A stretch of 64,000 nt of DNA from positions 32,001 through 96,000 of the IMG/VR virus record IMGVR_UViG_3300025684_000014; one strand, 5' to 3'. This DNA is from a virus. The notes below the pieces were generated by a model. That model was not told the DNA's origin and did no database searches. It was given only the letters and a program-made list of their open reading frames with translations. Shown one piece after another: positions 48,045-58,093 of the stretch (position 1 is the stretch's first letter; every line of letters starts with the position of its first letter). Position numbers and translations under genes: made by a program.

Positions 48045-48607
48045 TGTCTGAAGATAGTGAAAAAGAAGAAGTTGTTGAATTAATAAATATAGAAGCCCAA
48101 GATCTTGTTGATGAGTTAAAGCTTGGTGCTGAAACTTATTCTACAATTACTGAATCCTTTATTAAAGAATTTGTTTTTTACGATAAAACTCTTTATCAAT
48201 GGGCTACTGATCTTGTAATTCAAATCCCTTCAACTAAAGATTTAGATTTACCAAAATTTAGAGAATTACTTACTAAGTTAGGTAATAATATACAGATAGC
48301 TTCTAACTATTACTCTTTAGCTTCTAGTATGGTAGATGCTATTAGTGGTGGAAACAATATTAAAAAGTCTGATCTTGTTAATATTATTGTTTCAAACTAT
48401 GCTGCTAAAGGCGCAAAACGTCCTGCTGGTACAGTTATTGAAAGAATGGCTGACTCATATCTTTCAAATACTGTCTCTGCAGAAAAAGCCGCTAAAATAG
48501 TTAAAAATTTTTGGAAACAAAGATTTGATACTTTACTAGAACTTAGAAAAGTTTTTGAGCAAATAGGCTTATCTTTATCTGTTGAAATGAAATTTACATC
48601 TAATTGA
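48044..48607 (+). CDS. Hypothetical helical protein
   Basis: RBS GGAG; coupled to spoVG. Confidence 0.65.
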   Translation: MSEDSEKEEVVELINIEAQDLVDELKLGAETYSTITESFIKEFVFYDKTLYQWATDLVIQIPSTKDLDLPKFRELLTKLGNNIQIASNYYSLASSMVDAISGGNNIKKSDLVNIIVSNYAAKGAKRPAGTVIERMADSYLSNTVSAEKAAKIVKNFWKQRFDTLLELRKVFEQIGLSLSVEMKFTSN

Positions 48608-49277
48608 GGTTATTATGGGTTTAGATAATTTTTGGCACATGCCAGAATCCAAAGATCATCCAGAGTTTGATCCCCCTTTAAATCTTTGTGGAGGTATGTT
48701 TTCAGAACATGGTTCTAGATCTTTTAGAGGTAAAGTTTACGCTGATTTCTGCAAAGATATAATGTCTCTTAATCTTTATCAAGACATTATATCTCCAGAA
48801 GAAATTGAAGAAGCTTTATACTATTTAGATTCTTGGATAGCAGCAGATCTTTGCGACACTTCTACATTGTCTAATTACGGAATTACTCATGAAGAACTCT
48901 TAGATTTGCAAAGAATGTTTTCTAAATATTCAGCGCTAGGAGCTCATTTAGAATCATGGTATTAAAATGTATGATGGATTATTTTTAGGATTTTTAACTT
49001 GGTTGAGTTTTTTATTATCTTTTAAACATTTTCCTAATTTTATAAAAAGATTTTTACTTAAACATTTTGTTCTAACAGATTTTCTATCTGTCTTGACTTC
49101 TTTTCTTTTGTTAACTAGTATATCCAAATCTTTAGTCGCCGTAATCGCTTCAATGTTTTGTGGTTTATTAGTTAATATTACTTTGATAATATACAAAAAC
49201 CAATATATTAAAAGCATTTTCGGCAATTAATTCATTAGCTCTCTTTATGGGAGCTTTATTTTTTTTATGGAGATTAT

Positions 49278-51026
49278 ATGTCTTATACATATTCAAAACA
49301 TGCCGAATTATTATTAAAAAATTACTATATGACTGACTCCGAAAAAGATCCAAAAGATGCTTTTTATAGAGCAGCTTATGCTTATGGAAGTTCTGAAGCT
49401 CTTTCTAAAAAGATTTATCAGTATGCTTGTGATGGTTGGTTTATGTTTAGTAGTCCAATACTATCGAATGCAGCCAGGTCAGGATTACCTATATCTTGTT
49501 TCTTAACTTATGTTCCTGATACCGTAGAAGGCTTAATTGAGCATAGTGAAGAACTTCGTTGGATGAGCGTTATGGGCGGTGGCGTTGGTGGACACTGGAA
49601 TGATATTAGAGCTGTTTCTAAAAAAGCTCCTGGTCCCATTCCGTTTCTAAAAACCGTAGATTCAGATATGCTAGCTTATAGTCAAGGCTCTACAAGGCGC
49701 GGATCTTATGCTGCATATTTAGATATTTCTCATCCTGATATTATTGAATTTATGAATATTAGATTGCCTACTGGTGGCGATACCAATAGAAAATGTTTTA
49801 ATATCCATAATGCAATTAATATTACAGATGATTTTATGGTTGCTGTTATTTCTGGCGACGAATGGCATTTAAAAGATCCAAATACTAAAGAGATTAAATC
49901 TACTTTAAATGCTAGAGAACTTTGGACAAGAATCCTAGAAGTACGATTCAGAACTGGCGAACCATATCTCAATTTTATTGATGTGGCAAATCATTCTTTG
50001 CCTAAACATTTAAAAGATAAAGGCTTAAAGATAAATGGTTCTAACCTTTGTAATGAAATCCATTTACCTACTTCTGAAAATCGATCTGCTGTTTGTTGCC
50101 TTTCCAGTCTTAATTTAGAGTATTATGATGATTGGAAAGAAACAACTATAGTTGAAGATCTCATTGAATACCTTGATGACGTTCTTCAGTTTTTTATTGA
50201 TAACGCTCCTTCTCATTTAGAAAAAGCTATTTACTCTGCAGAAAGAGAACGTTCTCTTGGTTTAGGTGCAATGGGTTTCCATTCATATCTTCAGAAAAAA
50301 GGTTTGCCTTTTGAATCTGCTTTGGCTATTTCATGTAACAGAAATATTTTCTCTACTATAAAAGAGAAAGCAGTTAAAGCTACTCGAGCTTTAGCTATTT
50401 CTAGAGGCGCATGTTTAGACGATGATACGAATACAGTTAGAAATAGCCATTTATTGGCTATCGCTCCTAATGCTAACTCTTCTATTATCTTGGACACTTC
50501 TCCTAGTATTGAGCCCTGGAAGTCTAATGCATTTACTCACAGAACTAGAGCAGGTTCTTTTCTCCAAATAAATAAGTACCTTTTAGACTGTCTTAAAAAA
50601 CATTCTAAAACTATTCCTACTAAAAAATTTGGTGAGTATGAGATTAGCTTAGATAGAAAGAATTGGCTTGATGAACAAATTCAATCTATTATTCTTGCTC
50701 AAGGTTCTGTTCAACATCTTGATTATTTAACTGATCAAGAAAAACAAGTTTTTAAAACTGCATTTGAAATTGATCAAATGTGGATTATCGAACATGCTGC
50801 AACTAGACAAGAATGGATTTGCCAAGGTCAGTCTTTGAATCTTTTCTTTCCTAGTGGAACAGATATAAATGATGTGAATCTTGTTCATATTTCTGCTTGG
50901 AAAAGAAAACTTAAAGGACTTTATTATTTGAGGACTAACGCCGGTGTAACGGCAGAAAAAGTTTCTACTAAAGTAGAAAGAAGAACTCTTAAAGACGTTG
51001 AGGAGTGCTTATCATGTCAAGGCTAA
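49278..51026 (+). CDS. nrdA: Ribonucleotide reductase class Ia alpha subunit
   Basis: PISCFL, SNLCNEI, IAPNANSS, C-terminal CLSCQG. Confidence 0.96.
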   Translation: MSYTYSKHAELLLKNYYMTDSEKDPKDAFYRAAYAYGSSEALSKKIYQYACDGWFMFSSPILSNAARSGLPISCFLTYVPDTVEGLIEHSEELRWMSVMGGGVGGHWNDIRAVSKKAPGPIPFLKTVDSDMLAYSQGSTRRGSYAAYLDISHPDIIEFMNIRLPTGGDTNRKCFNIHNAINITDDFMVAVISGDEWHLKDPNTKEIKSTLNARELWTRILEVRFRTGEPYLNFIDVANHSLPKHLKDKGLKINGSNLCNEIHLPTSENRSAVCCLSSLNLEYYDDWKETTIVEDLIEYLDDVLQFFIDNAPSHLEKAIYSAERERSLGLGAMGFHSYLQKKGLPFESALAISCNRNIFSTIKEKAVKATRALAISRGACLDDDTNTVRNSHLLAIAPNANSSIILDTSPSIEPWKSNAFTHRTRAGSFLQINKYLLDCLKKHSKTIPTKKFGEYEISLDRKNWLDEQIQSIILAQGSVQHLDYLTDQEKQVFKTAFEIDQMWIIEHAATRQEWICQGQSLNLFFPSGTDINDVNLVHISAWKRKLKGLYYLRTNAGVTAEKVSTKVERRTLKDVEECLSCQG

Positions 51027-51991
51027 CTGAATATTCAAAAACTTATAAACCTTTTCTTTATCCTTGGGCTATGGAATACGCTGAAGCTCATGAGAAAATT
51101 CATTGGGGTTCTTGGGAAGCTAAGCTTCAAGAAGATGTTAATCAATGGAACGGTTCAAAACTTTCTGATTCTGAAAAAAACCACATTACAAATATTTTAA
51201 GAATCTTTACTCAATCTGATGTTGCTGTTGGAGGAAATTACTGTGATATTTTTATTCACGCTTTTAGAAATAACGAAATACGCAATATGCTTCTTTCCTT
51301 TGCTAATCGGGAAGGTACTCATCAACGAAGCTATGCGCTCTTAAATGATACTTTAGGTATTCCTGAAGGTGAGTACTCAGTTTTTCTTAAGTTTAAAGAA
51401 ATGGCTGATAAAATAGAGTTTATGATGGCTCCTGAAAAACATATGAAAAAGCAGGATCAAAACTTAGCTTTTGAACTTGCTCGTTCAGTATGTAATGAAG
51501 GTATGTCTTTATTTTCTGCTTTTGTTATGCTTCTCAATTATCAAAGATTTGGAAAAATGAAAGGCATGTGCGAAATAGTAGAGTGGTCTATACGTGATGA
51601 AACTATGCATGTAGAGGCAATGACTAAACTTTTTCACACTTATCTTGAAGAAAATCCTCATTTAGTTACAGATACTTTAAAAAGTTATATTTATACTAAC
51701 TTTACTAAAGCTGTAGAACTTGAAGAAAATCTTATTAATTTTATTTACGCAGATCAAGAAATCATAAATGATCTTCCTAAAAAAGATGTTATTCTTTACA
51801 TCAAATATCTTGCCGACAGAAGATTGCTTCAACTCGGCATGAAACCTATATTTAAACAAAAAACAAATCCTTTGCCTTGGCTTGATTGGATTATTTCTGG
51901 TGATTCTTTAAAGAATTTCTTTGAAGGTACTGTAACAGATTATAATGCTTCTGGTCTTTCTGGACAAATGGATTGGTCTTTAATTAATTAA
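51014..51991 (+). CDS. nrdB: Ribonucleotide reductase class Ia beta subunit
   Basis: FTQSD, EGTHQRSY, EGMSLFSAF, RDETMH, NFFEG. Confidence 0.96.
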   Translation: MSRLTEYSKTYKPFLYPWAMEYAEAHEKIHWGSWEAKLQEDVNQWNGSKLSDSEKNHITNILRIFTQSDVAVGGNYCDIFIHAFRNNEIRNMLLSFANREGTHQRSYALLNDTLGIPEGEYSVFLKFKEMADKIEFMMAPEKHMKKQDQNLAFELARSVCNEGMSLFSAFVMLLNYQRFGKMKGMCEIVEWSIRDETMHVEAMTKLFHTYLEENPHLVTDTLKSYIYTNFTKAVELEENLINFIYADQEIINDLPKKDVILYIKYLADRRLLQLGMKPIFKQKTNPLPWLDWIISGDSLKNFFEGTVTDYNASGLSGQMDWSLIN

Positions 51992-52002
51992 GAAAGAATA
52001 TT

Positions 52003-52353
52003 ATGTCTGACAAACGACTATATTTAAATGATTATGTAACTATTTCTTATGACAATGCTGTTTCAAAAGGATGGCATGAACAAGAACGTACTATTGGCGA
52101 TCTTATTGCACTTATGCATTCTGAGCTTAGTGAAGCTTTAGAAGAATATAGAAATGGACATTCTCCTACAGAAGTTTATTTTAATGATTCTAATCCTGAT
52201 AAGCCAGAAGGTATTCCTGTTGAGTTAGCAGATTGCATTATTCGTATATTTGACTTTTGTGGAAAATATGGCATTAATTTAGAGCATGTCATAAACCAAA
52301 AAATTGAATATAATAAATCTAGGCCACATAGACATGGTGGCAAGAAAGTCTAA
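52003..52353 (+). CDS. MazG-like nucleotide pyrophosphohydrolase
   Basis: LMHSELSEALE...ELADCIIRIFD...NKSRPHRHG. Confidence 0.85.
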   Translation: MSDKRLYLNDYVTISYDNAVSKGWHEQERTIGDLIALMHSELSEALEEYRNGHSPTEVYFNDSNPDKPEGIPVELADCIIRIFDFCGKYGINLEHVINQKIEYNKSRPHRHGGKKV

Positions 52354-52355
52354 CC

Positions 52356-52952
52356 ATGTTTCACGATATTGCTTCAAATAAAGATTATTTAAAAATAATT
52401 AAGGCTGTTTTAGATTCTGCTGCTGTTGATTATGTAAAACTTCAACATCCAGCTAATCGTAAAAAAAAGTCATTGAAGCAATCTTATATTGATAGCGTTG
52501 AAATTTACTTTAATAAAGATTTTCGTTTCGAACATTTTACTGATCCAACAAACGAAGATTATCATTTTTCAACAAAAGAATTACTTTCTTTTTTACTTGA
52601 AACAAATAAAATAAATCTTCAAGGCATTCAAGAACATTTAATATCTGAAGCAATATCGTATTGGTGGGAAAAGAATTTTCACGATATGTCTATACCAACC
52701 ACAATTGTTTTAGCTGGCAAAGTATTTAAAATTTGCCATTCTCCTAAAAAACATTTTGTTGATTATGAAAACAATATAATTTATTGCTCTACTTCTAAGC
52801 GAGGTGGAGATCGTTTATTTTTCAAACTTTGTTTCGAAATAATTCTTAAGCATTCTGATATAGATTTGCCTAAAGATAAATTTGATGAATTTACTAAATT
52901 CTTTTATTTGTTTTTAAAAGTCAACGCTGCTTTTGAAGAAAAGAAAAAATGA
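52356..52952 (+). CDS. Hypothetical protein
   Basis: 198-aa ORF in operon. Confidence 0.65.
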   Translation: MFHDIASNKDYLKIIKAVLDSAAVDYVKLQHPANRKKKSLKQSYIDSVEIYFNKDFRFEHFTDPTNEDYHFSTKELLSFLLETNKINLQGIQEHLISEAISYWWEKNFHDMSIPTTIVLAGKVFKICHSPKKHFVDYENNIIYCSTSKRGGDRLFFKLCFEIILKHSDIDLPKDKFDEFTKFFYLFLKVNAAFEEKKK

Positions 52953-54113
52953 TTTCTACTATTTTAACAGCTATTGGCTATATAGTTTGTATTGCTCTTA
53001 TTTACCTTCTTCAAAAAGAATTAAATTTAAAAGATAGAATGTTGGCAGAGCTGGCTTCTTCTATAATAAATTTAGAATTAGCTAATTCTAATTATAAATC
53101 TTTAATTGCAAATCTTGAACTTCAAAATAAACAATTTGAAGACTCTTTAAATCTTTTAGAAGAAGAATTAAATCAAAGTGATTCTGAATACACTTATGAA
53201 TACAACCTTTTAAAAGACCAAGTTTTAAAATCTATTCAACAACTTCAAGTATCTCAAGAAATTCTTATTCAAAAATTAAATGACAAAGATATTATTTAAA
53301 GATAAAGAATCTAATTTTTATTTACATTTATCTGAAGATGAACTTAAACTCCCTTTTATAAGTTTATCTTATTCAGAAAACAAATACTGTACTTTTAACC
53401 CTAAAAATTTTCCAAGATCTCCTTCTATAGAAATTACTATATGGAAAAAGAAAGAGCTTTGGAGAAGTAAAGGTCCTTTTACTATTTATTATGAACGAGT
53501 CTAATCAAGAAATTTTAAATTCACTTGAAAAAGCTTTAATTAATCACGATTGGTTTTACTTTACTTCTGATTCCAACAGGATTTATCAAGAAGGGAAAGC
53601 AAGTCAATCTAACATCAATTACTTAATGTCTTCTGCAAGATGTTCTGGCTTGGCTGATCAAGCTCAAGCTTTATATCTAAAATACTACAAGCTCAATCAA
53701 TTTCAAAGGTACTCATGATTATCACTCAAAAATGTCCTGTTTATGGCACTTTTAATAGTTACGATATAAATATAACTCCTTTGCAATATGAAAGAATTAA
53801 AGCTAGATTTTCTACTGGCGAATTAATTCAAGATATTGTTCCTCATTTAGAACTTTGGGAAAGAGAATTCTTTATGACTGGCATGTCTAAAGAAGCTCAA
53901 GACTCTTTTTTTGCAGAACAAACTTCTGCTTTTGAGCCTCTAAATGAAAACGATAATTAATCGTTTTCCTGAGCGCTTCAAATGGACTATACACAATCTT
54001 ATTGCGCATCCTTTATCTGAGATCTTCTATCAATTCGGATTTGAAGATTTAAGCAATAAGATACACGATTCAACTATACCTGATCATAATCCTGATCAAG
54101 GTAGAGGATAACT

Positions 54114-55420
54114 ATGGCAATAAAAAAAGTCACAGGTATTCCTGAAATAGACATGATAGCTTCTTCTCTTGCTAAGAAATTTGGCAAAGAAGATATCATG
54201 TCTATGGGACCTAAATATGAAAAAGTTAAAGCTATTAGCACTGGCTCTATTACTCTTGATTCCGTACTTGGTGTTGGCGGTTTACCTTCTGATCGTGTGG
54301 TCGAAATCTTTGGACCACCGTCAGCTGGCAAGACAAGTCTTTGTCTCCAAATCGTTAAATCATATGTAGATACTTATGGGTATGATCGTATTCCTGTGTT
54401 TGTAGACTTAGAGCGTACTACTGGTTTAGATCTTATTAAGAGTATGGGAATTGATCCTGAACGCATGTTGTTTGTTTATCCTGATACTGCCGAAGAAGCT
54501 TTGCAATTATGCCAAGACCTTGGTAATTCAGGAAAAGTCGGCGTAGTAATCTTTGATTCTATTGACGCTGCACAATCAGAGCGTGATACTAAGCGATTAA
54601 TGAACGAAACAGGTGTTGGCGATCTACCTAGGCTTTTGTCTAAGGCGCTTCGCGCTATTAGCAAAATTAGCGTAGATCAAGACTGTCTTTATTTGTTCAT
54701 CAATCAAGTTCGCATGAATATTGGTGTCATGTATGGAAATTAACTTCGGTTTCCCCTAGAGGTGACTCTAGGAAAAAAACCTTGTGAACCACTACCAGTG
54801 GGTGTCCATTATGGGCTAACGGTGAACCCCTCCATTCATTGGGCAATACCGTGCCAAGCCTCTTTATTAGAGGAAGGTGTAGAGACTATCGAAAACACAT
54901 CAAAAGATGGAAGTGAGTAGAGTAGGAAATGAGATTGGTACATTTCCCAAGCGCAAGGCTCTCTTTGATAAGAGATGAAGATATAGTCCACGCCACGAGT
55001 ATGGTAAACTTGTGGAGTTTCGTGCCAGAGACAACAAGCGGGGGGAATGCTATTCCATTTTACGCTTCTGTTAGGCTTAGGGTTAGTTCTAAACCTAGCT
55101 CTGACGCTCCAGATACTCTTGCTATGAAAGTAAAAGTAGTAAAGAACAAAGTAGCTCCTGCTCTTAATAAAACCGCAGAATTTGAATTTCAATGTGCCCG
55201 AGGCACAGATAAGCTTATGGATTTGATTGGTTGCGCTAAAGACCAAGGTCTTATGCGTTTTGCCGGTTCTGCTGTTAAGTGGTTTAATCCCGAAACAGGC
55301 GAGGAAGAAACTCTTTGTACTGGTGGTAAAGCTGGTGCAAAGGCTTACTTTGAAGAGAATCCTGAAGCTGCTGCAAATATGAAAAGAATGTGTCTCGAAG
55401 GACCAAAGCAATCTAGTTAA
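54114..55420 (+). CDS. recA: RecA recombinase, spliced (exons 54114-54740 and 55025-55420; 340 aa)
   Basis: GPPSAGKT, FDSIDA; splicing restores INQVRMNIGVMYGN|PETTSGGNA. Confidence 0.93.
54741..55024 (+). mobile_element. Group I intron in recA (284 nt, no ORF)
   Basis: P1 GGAAAT/GTTTCC with U-G at the splice site; R GTAGAGACTA, S GAAGATATAGTCC; ends in G. Confidence 0.92.
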
Positions 55421-55432
55421 CAAGGAATTATA

Positions 55433-56752
55433 ATGTGCAGTAACGATCATCACAATCATGATGACTCTCAAGCGCATCAAGAAACTGATGGTAAGTTTGT
55501 ACATTTTCATGTGCATACTGAGTATTCTCTTCTTGATGGTATTAACAAAGTTTCTCGATTACCAAAAAGAGCAAAAGAGCTCGGTATGCCTGCTGTGACT
55601 ATATCTGATCATGGCAACATATCAGGCAGTTACAAATTTTATAAAGAGTGTAAAAAGCATGACATCCAACCTATTATTGGTATGGAAGCTTATTACACAG
55701 TAAATGATCGCCATGCAAAAGAGCCTGATGAACTAGGTAAATCTTACTATCATTTGATCTTACTTGCTCAAAACAATACTGGTCTTCACAACCTTATGAA
55801 GCTTAGCTCTTATGCTTATACAGAAGGTATGTATCGTAAGCCACGTATTGATGACGCTCTTATTGCTGAATACTCAGAAGGCTTAATAGCTACTACCACA
55901 TGTCTTGGCAGTAGAGCTAGTCAGCTTATTCTTAACGGCGAAAAAAAAGCTGCTCAAAATCTCATACTCCATCATAAAGCAATGTTTAAAGATCGTTTTA
56001 TGGTTGAGCTTCAGCTTCACAAAGATGAAGAACAACAAACAGTTAATAAAGTACTCCAAGAAATTGCTTTAGACCATAATCTTCCAATGATTATCACAAA
56101 TGACTGCCATTATACCTATGAGCATGATAAAATGCATCACGAAGCTGCTCTTTGTATGCAAACAAAGACTACTTTAGCTGATGAAAATCGTTTTAGTTTT
56201 GGCGAAATTGACGTTCACTTTGCTTCTCATGATTGGATGTGGAAACAAGCTGAAGCTCAAAATATGCCTTATGATGTAATTTCAAATACTGCTCATTTGA
56301 CCAGTATGATCGATAGCGATTCTTATTTTATGGATAAGATGAATCGTTATCCAAAATTTCAAGAAATCCCTGAAGGTCTTACAAGCCCAGAACATTTAGC
56401 TATTGAAGCTCAACATGGACTTTATGCACGTTTTGGAGAAATGCCTCCACTTGAGTACAGAGAACGTTTATCAGAAGAATTAAATGTTATAAAGAGAATG
56501 GGTTTTTCTGATTACATGTTAATCGTTGCCCAATTTATGAATGGCGCTCGAGACTATGGTGTTATGCATGGTCCAGGTCGTGGTTCTGCTGCAGGAAGTC
56601 TTGTAGCTTGGGCATTACGAATTACTGAAGTCGATCCAATAAAATACGATTTGATGTTTTCTCGTTTTCTTAACGAGGGTCGTGCTGCGACTCCTCTTAT
56701 TTTTAACAAAGAAATGGCAGCAAAAGCTGACCAATACACTATGCCTTTTTAA
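55433..56752 (+). CDS. dnaE: DNA polymerase III alpha, N-terminal piece (PHP domain plus start of palm)
   Basis: HFHVHTEYSLLDG, SDHG, TNDCHY, GPGRGSAAGSLVAW, FSRFLNEGR. Confidence 0.93.
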   Translation: MCSNDHHNHDDSQAHQETDGKFVHFHVHTEYSLLDGINKVSRLPKRAKELGMPAVTISDHGNISGSYKFYKECKKHDIQPIIGMEAYYTVNDRHAKEPDELGKSYYHLILLAQNNTGLHNLMKLSSYAYTEGMYRKPRIDDALIAEYSEGLIATTTCLGSRASQLILNGEKKAAQNLILHHKAMFKDRFMVELQLHKDEEQQTVNKVLQEIALDHNLPMIITNDCHYTYEHDKMHHEAALCMQTKTTLADENRFSFGEIDVHFASHDWMWKQAEAQNMPYDVISNTAHLTSMIDSDSYFMDKMNRYPKFQEIPEGLTSPEHLAIEAQHGLYARFGEMPPLEYRERLSEELNVIKRMGFSDYMLIVAQFMNGARDYGVMHGPGRGSAAGSLVAWALRITEVDPIKYDLMFSRFLNEGRAATPLIFNKEMAAKADQYTMPF

Positions 56753-56761
56753 GGAAATAAC

Positions 56762-57001
56762 ATGACTAATCAACAACAAATTCAAGAGTATGCAACTAAA
56801 ATCCAAGCAACAGGCGATACTTATGCAACCTATCTCTACGCTATTCAAGACAAAAATGGACTTATTGTACGTCATAGAAACAATACTCATTACGCAACTA
56901 GGGCTGAAGCTCGTGCTGTTAGGCGCACTCTTCAGCGAAACGATATCAAAGTTGTTCGCGCTGAGTTTATTAATGTTTCTCGTTGGGAGACTGCTAAGTG
57001 A
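56762..57001 (+). CDS. Small basic hypothetical protein
   Basis: RBS AAGGA. Confidence 0.6.
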   Translation: MTNQQQIQEYATKIQATGDTYATYLYAIQDKNGLIVRHRNNTHYATRAEARAVRRTLQRNDIKVVRAEFINVSRWETAK

Positions 57002-57252
57002 AAGAGCATCTTATTCCAAAATTTTGGCAAGCTAATTTATCAGCAAAATCAAATACAGCTTCTTATTATACTGACGGTATTCACCTTTACTCAGGAAAAA
57101 AAGTCATTGGAACTACAAACGGCTATGGTCAGAAGTTTTTATACAATTATACAAAGTCTGACCAAGGGACATTTTTGTCTCCGCTAATTAGCAGACATGT
57201 AAATATGGCTAAATTTTATGCAGATGAATTTGTATCAACTAAAAAGGATTAA
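56998..57252 (+). CDS. Hypothetical protein
   Basis: GTGA overlap. Confidence 0.6.
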   Translation: MKEHLIPKFWQANLSAKSNTASYYTDGIHLYSGKKVIGTTNGYGQKFLYNYTKSDQGTFLSPLISRHVNMAKFYADEFVSTKKD

Positions 57253-57254
57253 TT

Positions 57255-57692
57255 ATGCTTAACGATCAATCTCCAGAAGCACATAATTTTTTAGAAAAAC
57301 ATGTCTACGTAAATGCTAATCCTTTAATCCAATATCTTCTTGAATCAACTAAAGAGCCTTTTGGTGAAGAATGGTATGAAGAGCTTTTTTGTCATTATGA
57401 CACTTCTTCAAATTCTGAACCAGAGCTTTATCATGAAACTCAACTTTATGAAGATTACAACCCATCTCTAGAAGGTGATTATTGTCCTGAAGATTTTGAA
57501 CCAGAACTTAGAGAACCTTATGAGTTTTATATTGTAAGTAATTATTTTGCTGAACAATTAAAAGCTCATAATGCTTTACTTACAAATCAATTTGGTTTTT
57601 GGATTTGGGGCAGAGAAACTACTGGACAAAGTATTATTTTAGATTATATCTTTCAAAAAATTTGGCAACAATTTAAAGAAAGAAATGCATAA
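57255..57692 (+). CDS. Hypothetical phage protein
   Basis: EPYEFYIVS...WIWGRETTGQSIILD. Confidence 0.7.
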   Translation: MLNDQSPEAHNFLEKHVYVNANPLIQYLLESTKEPFGEEWYEELFCHYDTSSNSEPELYHETQLYEDYNPSLEGDYCPEDFEPELREPYEFYIVSNYFAEQLKAHNALLTNQFGFWIWGRETTGQSIILDYIFQKIWQQFKERNA

Positions 57693-57701
57693 TAGGTTTA
57701 T

Positions 57702-58028
57702 ATGAGCACATATATTATTAAACTTGATCCTTATTCTCAATTATATAAAAAATTAAAATCTATTTTTAATAATAAAAATCATATTATTATTGCTGTAAAA
57801 AATACAGAGCCTCATGCAAGGTCTGCGGTTGAAGGCCTTCTGTATAATTTAAATAACGCATACGAACTTTCGTATAAAGAAAAAACTCTTACCGAAAAAG
57901 TATTTCAAATAATGGTCTCTTTAAACAAAGATTCTTTTACTGATTCGGAAATACAAGTTATAGAATCTTCTTTTAATTTTAAAATTAAAGATCAAAGTTT
58001 TTATACCAATCTTTTGTGGGGTGGTTAA
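57702..58028 (+). CDS. Hypothetical protein
   Basis: ORF in operon. Confidence 0.55.
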   Translation: MSTYIIKLDPYSQLYKKLKSIFNNKNHIIIAVKNTEPHARSAVEGLLYNLNNAYELSYKEKTLTEKVFQIMVSLNKDSFTDSEIQVIESSFNFKIKDQSFYTNLLWGG

Positions 58029-58093
58029 CACCCACCCTTACATCTTCTAACTGGTTGTAACTTCCATTTTTTTATTGTTTCAAAGGTATTCAT

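Noticed and set aside
54929-55024. N-terminal 32 aa of ORF 54929-55420, and the first 45 aa of ORF 60178-60984
   Set aside because: These are intron sequences read in frame; the real exons start at 55025 and 60312.
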